64,000 nucleotides of DNA from Octopus sinensis (taxonomy: Eukaryota). Below the pieces are notes generated by a model. It was not told the DNA's origin, did not search any database, and saw nothing but the letters and a program-made list of their open reading frames with translations. Positions 1-11,310 of this stretch are shown here, piece after piece; the first letter of the stretch is position 1; every line of letters starts with the position of its first letter. Where the stretch lies: the NCBI RefSeq assembly GCF_006345805.1, contig NC_043013.1, positions 48,980,001-49,044,000 of the forward strand, written 5' to 3'. Made by a program: the position numbers and the translations under genes.

Positions 1-1311
1 GAAGACGAACCAAAAGAGAGTCAAACCATTAAAATAATCTGACAGTGTGTAGAAACTATATCAATTGTAGATACGAATAATTTCATAAATTTATAAGCTA
101 CTTAAAGTGTGACAGTTTAAACTTATTGATACAACACAAAGTCCACCACGCAGTTATATCAGCATAAAAAAAGCAAGTGTCTGCGTGTGAGTTTTTGTGT
201 ATGTGTGTGTGTGTGTGCGTGAGAGAGGGAGAGAGAGAGAGAAACAAACAGATAGAGAAAGACACAGAGAGAAAGAGAGTATTTAGTGAACGGTCGTTTC
301 ACATTGATATGAATTTCATATGAGTGGAAATAAAATAGAAATTGAGACATTGCAACACATTACGAGGACGTTGGAGGTTTTTAGACACTTGTATGTCGAC
401 AACCACAAACACAGATATATATATATATATATATATCATCTATGTTGTATTTGTTTCAAACATTGAACTGCGGCCGAAACCATAGACAGGCGAGACAGTA
501 TCGATGTCCGTCGCTCATGAATGGTACTCTGGGCGGACCTAGCACCACAAAATCTCTAATCAAAGAATAAATCTGGTTGCTCCCACCAAAGAAGAAGAAG
601 AAGAGAGTGAGAGGTGGGTATTGGAGAAAGATAAAAGATGTGTAGATAGATAGACTGATAAAATATTGAATTGTATCAAAGTATTACAGACAACCACCAC
701 ATTGAATTCAGAATTTACAGACCCTAAATACATAATAATATATTTAGTTCTCTCATACTACCTTTCCTTCATAAATTCTCGACTTCATATAATTTAAAAG
801 TATGTGAATGTCATGCAAATTTTAGTGGTTAACTTTGGTAGAAGTTGCCAGAGTAGAATATTTAATTATAGCCTCCATTCTTCAGTCATTTTAAAATTAT
901 CGCTTAAAATAACATGTCTCAAAAATTTTAATTGTATTTCAATACATGCTTAGGAAAAGTTTAACGTGTTTAGCTGAAATTCTTGATAAAACCAGAAATA
1001 TGAGATAACCGTCAAAATTACTTTATTAGTTGTGTATTTTATAAATTATATTAAATTAATAAAATTACATTCATTCGTTTATTGACAATTATCAAGATAT
1101 GCCCAGAATGAGTTATGATCGACATACTGTTGAGCAAAAAAACGTCGTTCCATTCTTGACATTCCTGTCTTTTTATGGGGACGTAAAGCTGCATTATCGA
1201 AGTAAGAATATATTTTCTTTACCTGGGTATGTGGAGTGAAGTGAGAATCAAAATCTGTAATATAGCTGCCAAAAGAATTTGTGAAATATATAAATTTAGC
1301 CTAAATATAAA

Positions 1312-1474
1312 GGCGCAGGAGTGGCTGTGTGGTAAGTAGCTTGCTAACCAGCCACATGGTTCCGGGTTCAGTCCCACTGCGTGGCACCTTGGGCAAGTGT
1401 CTTCTGCTATAGCCCCAGGCCGACCAATGCCCTGTCAGTGGATTTGGTAGACGGAAAGTGAAAGAAGCCTGTCG

Positions 1475-1547
<73 letters not shown>

Positions 1548-1757
1548 CTGTGTTTGTCCCCCCAGCATTGCTTGACAAACGATGCTGGTGTGTTTACGTC
1601 CCCGTCACTTAGCGGTTCGGCAGAAGAGACCGATAGAATAAGTACTGGGCTTACAAAGAATAAGTCCTGGGGTCGATTTGCTCGACTAAAGGCGGTGCTC
1701 CAGCATGGCCGCAGTCAAATGACTGAAACAAGTAAAAGAGTAAAGAGTAAAGAGTAA
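1312..1757 (+). mobile_element. tRNA-derived SINE family A (CORE-like CCTTGGGCAAG, internal microsatellite, (AAGAGT)n tail)
   Basis: A box TGGCTGTGTGG, B-box-like GGTTCAGTCC; many homologous copies in the window. Confidence 0.85.
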
Positions 1758-2298
1758 TGACAATGCTCACCAGACACTACTACTACATAGGGAAGTCAGA
1801 GGAAGAGAGGTAGTTACAGAGCACATGGAATTTGCAGGCCATTCCAAATTGTGGGAGATGTTTGTAACAATGTTTGTCTTATTACAGCAATAAGATGATC
1901 GTCGTGTCATGAGTGAATTGGTACACGGAGACGGCCGATGTGGTTGCAGCTCTTAATAGCAATCACATTAAACTCCCTCTTCTGCATGATCCCATGGGGT
2001 TCTATACGGTCCGAAAAGAGCTGTAACATAACATAAAGGGCACACCTATTTTGAGAGAAAAGCTTGAATTTGGCGCACTTTTATCTTCTTGTAAGAAAGT
2101 CCCAAACAAGGCGAGAAAACATGTAGTGGTAAAGGACTATACAGAATGAAAAGTTAAGACATAAGAAACTTTAGACTTGAAACAGTTCTGGTCATAAAAC
2201 GGAGGAAAGCAATAAGTTAGAAGAGAATTTCAAAATCTAGCAGTTGGAGAAAAAAGCTACGACCGTAGAATGACTTCCTTATTAGTAGAAGCACAATA

Positions 2299-2529
2299 TA
2301 TATTTCTTTATTACCCACAAGGGGCTAAACATAGAGGGGACAAACAAGGACAAAGTATTAAGTCGATTATATCGACCCCAGTGCGTAACTGGTCCTTAAT
2401 TTATCGACCCCGAAAGAATGAAAGGCAAAGTCGACCACTGTGGAATTTGAACTCAGAACGTAACGGCCGACGAAATACGGCAACGCATTTCGCCCGGCGT
2501 GCTAACGTTTCTGCCAGCTCGCCGCCAAA
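2299..2529 (-). mobile_element. tRNA-derived SINE family B (Meta/MESC-like central domain), 12-bp TSD
   Basis: TSD AGAAGCACAATA at 2287-2298 and 2530-2541; central GACTTTGCCTTTCAT.CTTTCGGGGTCGATAAATTAAG. Confidence 0.85.
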
Positions 2530-2988
2530 AGAAGCACAATAGCATTTGGTTGGGTATGCTGTGAGTTTTGAGTCATGCGAGATAGTACAATGTGATCAGG
2601 AACTAGGAAAGTTCATCAAAGCACTTTCTGTGGCAATAACGACAGAAAAAATTAAAACTGGTGACTTCAAGTCCATGTGACAAGGGTTGCAAAGTTGATG
2701 CAAAGCAAGGGAGCAATCAATCAAATTACAGACTGGCTTCTGAATCCGGCCGAAGGAGATCCAAGTAACAAGATGGCGCACCACCCAAATGACAACAGTA
2801 TTCCATACAAGGACGAATTTGTAGGCTTATAAAGATACAAAATGGTCTCGGATGGGAGGTCGTCCTTTAACCTATACAATGACCGTGTAGAAGGATACAA
2901 ATAAATACCCTATTACTTATAACCCAAAGATTTACCTTGGCTATATATTTTGCCATAAAAAATGAAATGTAAATATCACAAGAATACA

Positions 2989-3395
2989 TTTTACTTGTTT
3001 CAGTCATTTGACTGTGGCCATGCTGGAGCACCACCTTTAGTCGATCGAGCAAATCAACCCCTGGACTTATTCTTTGTAACCCTAGTACTTATTCTATCGG
3101 TCATTTTTGCCGAACCGCTAAGTGACGGGGACATAAACACACCAGCATCGGTTGTCAAGCAATGCTAGGGGGACAAACACAGACACACAAACATATACAT
3201 AGATACATGCATATACATATGTACATATATACGACGGGCTTCTTTCAGTTTCCGTCTACCAAATCCACTCACAAGGCTTTGGTCGACCCGAGGCTATTTT
3301 AGAAGACACTTGCCCAAGGTGCCACGCAGTGGGACTGAACCCAGAACCATGTAGCTGGTAAGCAAGCTACTTACCACACAGCCGCTCCTGCGCCT
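2989..3395 (-). mobile_element. SINE family A
   Basis: Reverse-complement homolog of 1312-1757. Confidence 0.85.
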
Positions 3396-3675
3396 GAAGA
3401 ACAAAGTCCAATTTGTTTGAAGTTCATATTGTAGCAATTTGTCTTAATTTATCAATATTGTGAAAGACACAATTTCATTGTGAATATTTACCAAAACTTA
3501 AAAGCAGGTAAAAATTTCAAAACCTTGAAACACTTTTGAACATAATCCAAATATCAGAAGTTGAATCATTTTCTGAAAGAGTAAACATTAATGCAAAAAT
3601 ATTTTCCATCCATTTAAGTAGTATTTGCTAAATATGTTGTACGTTTCTAAACTAGTGAATTTATTTTCATTTTAG

Positions 3676-3813
3676 GCACTTTTAGAAGTTGTGCATGACC
3701 TGTTCGAAGAACAAACCAACCCAGATGGATTAATCTTGAAAACTATGAACCGGGCACAGACTTTACTGAAATGTGAACGCTGTTCAGTATTTTTACGAGA
3801 TGGAACTTCCGAG
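3676..3813 (+). CDS. PDE11A: PDE11A-like phosphodiesterase, internal exon (start of GAF-B domain), phase 0/0
   Basis: tttag|GCA...GAG|gtaatt. Translates ALLEVVHDLFEEQTNPDGLILKTMNRAQTLLKCERCSVFLRDGTSE, matching vertebrate PDE11A ALLEVVNDLFEEQTDLEKIVKKIMHRAQTLLKCERCSVLL as recalled. Confidence 0.92.
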
Positions 3814-4017
3814 GTAATTCAAATTTTTTGTTTTTATTTTTATAATATAGAAAAATCATGGTAAACTTAAATACATAACGTTCGGCATCAAAGGAATATT
3901 TTCAGTGTAATTAAAATAGCGACGCCTTCCACGATACAAAATAATTAACTTCTACATTAAAGAGAGAACTGTTTTGCAATAACATCAAAACATATGTATA
4001 GTTGGAACAAGATAAAA

Positions 4018-4256
4018 TTACATTATTTACATTCGACGGATATTTATCCTCATCTTGCTTGTTGTTAACACGTTTCGGCTGATATACCTTCCAGCCGTCT
4101 TCAGGTGTCTTGGGGAAATTCTGAACCTGGGTTCTCATTCCTAAGGTATTCTTCGATGTTATTATTATTATCATTATTGTTCAGGTCACTGCTTGGATCG
4201 AACTCGGAATTTTGAGGTTAGTAGCCCGCGCTCTTAACCACTACACCATATGTCCG
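4018..4256 (-). mobile_element. Chimeric SINE: tRNA-like head, (AAT)n spacer and hammerhead-bearing module
   Basis: A box TGGTGTAGTGG and B box GAGTTCGATCC. The 3' module is homologous to both arms of the inverted repeat at 40224-40731. Confidence 0.75.
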
Positions 4257-4303
4257 TGGATATGATTAAATTAGTTTACTCAAACTATATTTACGTGGAG
4301 TAT

Positions 4304-4505
4304 AACATAGAGGGGACAAACAAGGACAGACAAACGGATTAAGTCGATTATATCGACCCCAGTGCGTAACTGGTATTTAATTTATCGATCCCGCAAGGAT
4401 GAAAGGCAAAGTCGACCTCGGAGGAATTTGAACTCTGAACGTAACGGCAGACGAAATACCGCTAAGCATCTCGCCCGGCGTGCTAACGTTTCTGCCAGCT
4501 CGTCG
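4304..4505 (-). mobile_element. SINE family B, truncated
   Basis: Homologous to 2299-2529; abuts the mariner remnant. Confidence 0.8.
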
Positions 4506-4968
4506 ACAACTTCTGCACGGACTCTACACTTATCTTCACTTCTTGGATTAGTTGCCGAATTGTTATGCGGCGATCCTCCAAAATTACGGCTTCCACTTTA
4601 TGGATGGTGTCATCATCAATAACGTAATATGGTCGTCCAAGAATAGCAGTTTACACCGATGTCCGACTACAGTTGAACTGATGATGCCAGTACCTGACTG
4701 TGTCGTATGATGGTGCATCATCACCATAAACTTCTTTCATCTCATCGAAAATCTGTGAACGACCTTTCGAGTATAATAACCTGATCAATTGCCTCCATTA
4801 CAACACTTTAATTCACTTCATCAGCCGTAAAAGACAAACGAATACTAGTGGGAAGCTGCAATTTACAACGTGACATGTAGGGACATGTATGATTATACCT
4901 GTACAAGTTACGTTTCCTGCAATAACCGGAAGTGGCTCAGGGGAAATCGTTAAGGAACACCCTTCGTA
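4506..4968 (-). mobile_element. Mariner transposon 5' end (terminus plus N-terminal HTH of a pseudo-transposase)
   Basis: Minus strand begins TA-CGAAGGGTGTTCC. Translates IFDEMKEVYGDDAPSYDTVRYWHHQF..RTSV*..GRP..IDDDTIHKVEAVILEDRRITIRQL. Confidence 0.8.
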
Positions 4969-5147
4969 TCAATGTTAAAAGTGATGTCCCTGATAAAGCA
5001 GCGAGTGAAATGTTGGGTACTTTGATTTTGATGTCTACTCCTTGTATTAACATTTCTCTGAAACTGCTCTAATGAAGTATTTTAACTTACATACGTTGGA
5101 AGTGAAAGAGTTTTAACCTTATATATATATGTGTGTGTTTATGTATG

Positions 5148-5178
<31 letters not shown>

Positions 5179-5982
5179 ATACACACATATGAAACAAATC
5201 AGACTCCAAGGTGACCGGTGGTAATTGTTTGTGTCGAAAATACTTCTATTACTTGTAGAAGACAACAGAAAGAGTACAGTAAAATTACCGTTGGGAGTGG
5301 TGCTTCCAATGTTTTGTATGACTTTTAGATGATTGGAGAAAAATAAAAGAAAGTAAGCAGAGGTTTACATCCTCCACATTTGAGAGATTGGCTGCAGGTG
5401 AAGGGGAACACAACACAGCATTACCGTAATTACGGAGAGAGGAAGTAATAGAAGAAACTGAGTGAAAGGTAACAGAAAAGTGAAATGAAAAGAAGGGGAG
5501 CGGTCAAAGTTGCGGTGTTAAAACTGAGGTGCGAGGGAAATTGAAGGATGAGAATGAGAATAAAGGAGTAAGAGGCAGTATCGGTATAGAAGAGAAAAGG
5601 TTCAATTAAACTTGTCGGTGACATGGTTGAAACGTTGATCCTGCTGTTTCCCCGTGCACGTATGCGTGAATGTATGTGTATGCACCATTAGAAAAGTGAC
5701 TATAAATAGTTTATTCTGTATCATGTCTAAGGCTATCATCGCCCGTGTGTCTACGTATATGAGCCTGCTTACTACACTAATGTACAAACTGAAGACAGCT
5801 TGCCTATTGTTTAAGTCAAATCGCTTTTACGGTGACCGCGAATGAACTTTGATAATATGCAGCCAGTCAAGAGGACGGCGAATAAAAGGAGAAAGCTTAT
5901 AACTCCCATAAACGAACACATTCACAACTAATTATAATATTGTCAAATGTATTCAGCTGACCTCCATCCTCTTGTTGTTATT

Positions 5983-6015
<33 letters not shown>

Positions 6016-6017
<2 letters not shown>

Positions 6018-6181
6018 AGAGTTTACGACAAAAAACAAAAGACGAAGACAGGTGGTGTACAAAACAAACAGATGTATTAGTATAACGCTCAGGAATAGAA
6101 AAAAGTCTTTTAAATTTCGAGCCTACGCTCTTCTACAGAAAGGTACACAGAAAAAACAAGGAGAGAAAAAAGGGAGAGAAA
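6016..6181 (-). mobile_element. Solo Penelope terminal-repeat family copy (HHR-like, CTGTAGAA core)
   Basis: Homologous to 9640-9792, 10777-10987 and 11113-11310; abuts (TA)n. Confidence 0.7.
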
Positions 6182-6576
6182 AAAATATATATGTTTTTTC
6201 ACTCATAATCTCTCCATTTCACTCATAATCTCTCCATTTCTACTTCCGTTTCCGGACCTTCCGGACATTTTCCTTACGTTACTTTTACACAAATTTCGTA
6301 CTATCTTTGTTTCAGAGAGGTACGGCCTTTATTTTGTTTGTACATTATAGTCGTACCATTACCTGTGCCCATTGTTTTCATCACTGTTCTCAACGTCCGC
6401 TCACTATTCTCAACAGTTTTCCACTGCTGACGTCATAGAAAATGAACAATATTGTCGTTAAAGGCGTGAAATTGTAATTTCTTCTGGACGATAATTGACG
6501 AGGAATAAGCATACCCATATCTTGTGTATGTATTTTCCGATTTTGCCTTGTCCTTCGGTTTAAGTTTTGAAATTTA

Positions 6577-6577
6577 C

Positions 6578-6634
<57 letters not shown>

Positions 6635-6668
6635 ATCTATCTATCTATCTATCTTCTATCTATCTATC

Positions 6669-6703
<35 letters not shown>

Positions 6704-6757
6704 GTCTGTCTGTCTACCTATCTATCATCTATCTATCTATATCTATCTATCTATCTA

Positions 6758-6814
<57 letters not shown>

Positions 6815-6881
6815 GTCTGTCTGTCTACCTATCTATCTATCTATCTATCTATTATCTATCTATCTGTCTGTCTGTCTACCT

Positions 6882-6964
<83 letters not shown>

Positions 6965-6992
6965 GTCTGTCTGTCTACCTATCTATCTATCT
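6577..6992. repeat. (ATCT)n/(GTCT)n microsatellite
   Basis: Direct reading; source of the YLSI/IYLS pseudo-ORFs. Confidence 0.95.
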
Positions 6993-7018
6993 GCATATAT
7001 ATATGTGTGTGTGTATGT

Positions 7019-7054
<36 letters not shown>

Positions 7055-7884
7055 ATATATATATGCAGATATATAATGTAATACAATGTGATAATACAGT
7101 CTGAGTAGCCACGCCCCAAAATTTGGAGATTTACGTAAACGTATGCATTCACATACGCATATAATGAAGAGCCATATCCACGCATGCTCATACACACATA
7201 CATTCAAATATATGTTAAAATAACATTTATAGACGTATATGTAAATACAAAATATATAAACTAGATAACTTGACTAGAAGAACCCAGACGGCAAAAAAAA
7301 AACAACAAAAAAAACAGATGGTGACAAACTAATAGATATATGTAAAATGTAGTCCGAAATAAATGCATTTAATAACTACCTCGGGAGATTGTTACTTTCT
7401 ACTTTTGATGCAATGGCTCTGCGTAGATAAGGAGATTAATATAACTGGCTGTTAAAAACATCTAGATAACGAATATCATGAAAGAGATGGCTATGGTTTT
7501 GCAGGTCATAAAACTGTCGACGGTCATCCACACAACGAATCCAACTCTATGTAAAATGGATATGTACATACATTTAGGAATACATATACACGCTCATATG
7601 TATACACATAAAAGAAAAACGCATGAAAGACAAAAAAGGCACTAAACACATTTAATAGGATTTACATGTATTATTTAAAGCAGTTTGATTCGGTTTCATG
7701 CGACTTAAAGTTTCGGTGGCCCCTAACAAAACCCGTCACTTTCAGGCTTACTTTACCGAATAATTTTATCTGCAAAACCGGATGAACCCATATCGCGGCA
7801 GGAGGCACAAAGAAGCACGGCAGCGTCGAATTCACTACCTCACCAGAAGTAATACTGGAATAATCCCTGGATGCAGTAAAATCA

Positions 7885-8095
7885 TTTCACCACAATTTTC
7901 TCTCACTCTTTCTTCCTGTTTCTGTTGTACCTGTATTTTCAAAAAGCCAGCCTTGTCACGCTGATACTCCCCGAGAACTACGCTAAGGGTACACGTGTCT
8001 GTAGAGTGCTCAGCACTTACACGTTAATTTCACGAGCAGGCTGTTCCGTTGATCGGTTCAATTGGAACCCTCGTCGTGGTAACCGACGGAGTGCT
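7885..8095 (+). mobile_element. SINE family E, 3' half
   Basis: Homologous to 15285-15505. Confidence 0.75.
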
Positions 8096-8127
8096 ACGAT
8101 GTATATATATATATATATTATATATAT

Positions 8128-8217
<90 letters not shown>

Positions 8218-8355
8218 GAAGAGAGAGAGAGAGAGAGAGGTATATATATTTATATAAATGTATACATATATATATTATATAACCACCAGCTCAAATATAT
8301 GCGTCTCTCGACCCATCCGTCCATACGTCGACAGTATAGAATTATACATTTATAT

Positions 8356-8391
<36 letters not shown>

Positions 8392-8399
8392 CATTCACA

Positions 8400-9792
8400 A
8401 ATATACCCGACAACACTGGATCCTTATCGATGCTCGACTTTCAACTGAAAATAACGGAAAAAGAAGAGATCCACACCGAGTTCTACAGGAAAACTGCCAG
8501 TAGAGATATGTTTGCTCATTACAGTTCAGCCCTTCCATTCGGTGCCAAAATAGTATATACCAGAAATGAACTGATACGCATCCAGAACAAGTGCAGCTGG
8601 ACAGAGGACAAGGTGAGCCACACCACACGCTTTCTAGAGGTATTGAAAACCAACGGGTATCTTATATCCATTGTGAATCGGCTTAAGTACCCGAGACGAC
8701 AAACATGCCAAACAGATAGAAAACCCAGCTACACATGCTTACTTAAAATACCCAATTTTAGTGAGAGGATAACTACAGATATCCGAAGAGCCATAAGAAG
8801 AGAAGGGTTAGGCATGCAACTAGCCCACTCCGGCCCCTCTCTTAGAAGACACCTAGCAGAGAAACGAGTAAGGGACAGCAATCAATGCCCACTAGCTAAC
8901 TGCCCCATCCGTGACACAGATTTATGCCAACGGGCAAATGTTATACATCGAATCCAATGTAACAAATGCAACAATTTCTAAGTGGGCAGCACAGCAAGAC
9001 TATTACATATTCGCATTAAAGAACATCGAAACACGCGAGCCTCCTCCTTCAGAAAACATCTAGACAGATGCCGGAACACCGAGAAAAACATAACAGTCAC
9101 AACTGAGCCCAATGATAGAAATTTAGGAAATTTAAGAATTAAGGAGGCTATCTTCATAGACAGACTAGGGCCCCATATTAAAAACAGGTTGGAAATTAGC
9201 AATCACTATATTATTTAACTACGTCGACACCCTTCACGCACAGTGATAACATGCTGGTGTAAAGAAAAAAAATGCACGTATAATAATAACTTGGTAGCAG
9301 CGCTGCGGATCTGCCAACGCACACGAGCTCGAGACATGACCGCCCTCACGCACTTGTCATGAGGAATTCAGACAAATTTCAGTAACCGTTAGAAATCCGA
9401 TTATAACAGTGAGTCCATTAATTCCTAGCAATATCTGAAAAAAGAATTTTTATATTCCGAAATATTATATTCGCCTATGAATAATTAAATTATTTATAAT
9501 GGTTATTATAGTCTACACCGCATTGTTGTGCCAATCCAGACACTTTACACTTCACAAAGAATATGCAATGTTTCCAGTGAACTACAATACCCTCTTATCG
9601 CCATGATTGACCGCTAACTCCACAAGTTTTTTTTTATATTCTCTCTCTGTTTATTTCCTCGTGTTCCTTTCTGTTGAAGAGCGTAGGCTCGAAACGTAAA
9701 ATACTTTCTCACCTTCCCGAGCGTCAAACAGATACACCTGCTTGCTGTTTATACGCCTGTCTTCGTCTTTTGTTTTTCTTTAAATTTCAACT
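8400..9792 (+). mobile_element. Penelope-like element, 5'-truncated: RT C-terminal region, GIY-YIG endonuclease and 3' terminal repeat
   Basis: ORF 8430-8981 (EFYRKTASRDMFAHYSSALP...FLEVLKTNGY...CPLANCP...LCQRANVIHRIQCNKCNNF) reads through one TAA (8979-8981, in place of Tyr) into VGSTARLLHIRIKEH...LRIKEAIFI, i.e. the GIY-YIG motifs. It ends in the terminal repeat family at 9598-9792. Confidence 0.85.
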
Positions 9793-9998
9793 ACACACAC
9801 ACAAATATATATATATTATATATATATATATATCGTGACGTATATTTGCCATCTCAATATGGCTACCCCTAAGGGTGGATGCTACTGTAGTTTTTAGCCC
9901 CAGGAGGACACACTCCTCCAGCTGGCCATAGACACACTTTCTGTGTCCTGTCAGTATTTGCAAAGGGAAGTCATCCTTCCCGTCTTCAACTTATGATA

Positions 9999-10043
9999 CA
10001 CACGGACTCGAGTTTCGAGGTATTGACCTCTCGTCAGCGTGTG
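9999..10043 (-). ncRNA. Type I hammerhead ribozyme, copy 1
   Basis: Minus strand reads CACACG-CTGACGA-GAGG TCAATA CCTC-GAA-AC TCGA GT-C-CGTGTG: 6-bp helix I, canonical core, 4-bp helix II, palindromic helix III and a GUC cleavage triplet (cut between 10005 and 10004). Confidence 0.9.
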
Positions 10044-10349
10044 ACAATCATAGTTGTCGGCGAGAATTAGATCTCCTTCACAAATACTTATACTTTTTCC
10101 AGCGTCCACTGTCGCTGATATTGAAAAAGTGAATCAAACAATGATAAATATCAAAGTGAGTTATATACAGTAGCGGTAACACATCGTGACGTATATTTGC
10201 CATCTCAATATGGCTACCCCTAAGGGTGGATGCTACTGTAGTTTTTAGCCCCAGGAGGACACACTCCTCCAGCTGGCCATAGACACACTTTCTGTGTCCT
10301 GTCAGTATTTGCAAAGGGAAGTCATCCTTCCCGTCTTCAACTTATGATA

Positions 10350-10394
10350 CACACGGACTCGAGTTTCGAGGTATTGACCTCTCGTCAGCGTGTG
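10350..10394 (-). ncRNA. Type I hammerhead ribozyme, copy 2
   Basis: Identical to 9999-10043, shifted by 351 nt. Predicted cut between 10356 and 10355. Confidence 0.9.
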
Positions 10395-10465
10395 ACAATC
10401 ATAGTTGTCGGCGAGAATTAGATCTCCTTCACATATATATATATATATATATATAATATATATAT

Positions 10466-10497
<32 letters not shown>

Positions 10498-10572
10498 AAT
10501 CTATATATATATATTACTACAAGATATGTGTATATTTATATGTACACACTACATACACATATTTGTTTATAT

Positions 10573-10621
<49 letters not shown>

Positions 10622-10668
10622 ACAAATATGTGTTATGTATGTGTGTACATATAATATACACATATATG

Positions 10669-10716
<48 letters not shown>

Positions 10717-10740
10717 TTCATATATGCATACATACATACA

Positions 10741-10776
<36 letters not shown>

Positions 10777-10779
<3 letters not shown>

Positions 10780-10987
10780 AGAGTTTACGAAAAAACAAAA
10801 GACGAAGACGGGTGGTGTACAAAACAGACAGATGTATTAGTATAACGCTCAGGAATAGAAAAAGTCTTTTACGTTTCGGGCCTACGCTCTTCTACAGAAA
10901 GAGACACAGAAAACAGGAGAGAACAAAAAGGAGAGAACAAAAAGGAAAGAAAAAATGTGTGTAGTGGCTAACGATCTATCATGGCGT
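10777..10987 (-). mobile_element. Solo Penelope terminal-repeat family copy
   Basis: Same family as 9598-9792; embedded in (TA)n. Confidence 0.7.
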
Positions 10988-10995
10988 CTGAAGTA

Positions 10996-11075
<80 letters not shown>

Positions 11076-11112
11076 TATGTATATATATATATATATGTAT
11101 ATGTATATATAT

Positions 11113-11310
11113 AGTGAGAATTTACAAAAAAATAAAACAAAAGACGAAAACGGGTGTGTAAACAACAAACAGATGTATTAGTTTAACGCTCGGAAGTGGG
11201 AAAGTCTTTTACTTTTCGAGCCAACGCTCTTCGACAGAAAGGGGCACAGAAATAAGCAGGGAGAGAAAATAGAAAAAGGTTTAGTCGCTAGCGATCTATC
11301 ATGGCGAATG
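11113..11310 (-). mobile_element. Solo Penelope terminal-repeat family copy
   Basis: Same family; core reads CTGTCGAA GAGC GTTG GCTC GAAA. Confidence 0.7.

Larger units (their letters stand above)
9832..10433 (-). mobile_element. Retrozyme-like tandem: 251-bp direct repeats plus 100-bp spacer (351-bp period), one HHR per repeat
   Basis: 9832-10082 and 10183-10433 appear identical by eye. Flanked by (TA)n on both sides. No recognisable protein coding. Each repeat contains a complete HHR. Confidence 0.8.

Noticed and set aside
1312-1400. tRNA-like heads of SINEs as tRNA genes
   Set aside because: Only A and B boxes are present; there is no full cloverleaf and each head continues into a SINE body.
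2560-2980. QDGAPP peptide suggesting a Tc1/mariner-like DDE remnant
   Set aside because: No further motifs could be read in frame; too decayed to call.
6524-7207. Long ORFs of [20 protein letters not shown] or ERER type here and throughout the track
   Set aside because: They are translations of microsatellites, not genes.
10078-10314. 78-aa ORF inside the predicted 351-nt monomer (351 is divisible by 3, so rolling-circle translation was considered)
   Set aside because: It starts at TTG, has a stop in frame and resembles no known protein; the first ATG gives only about 41 aa.
9832-10433. CRISPR-like or prokaryotic interpretation of the direct repeats
   Set aside because: Eukaryotic intron, only two long repeats, no spacer array and no cas genes.
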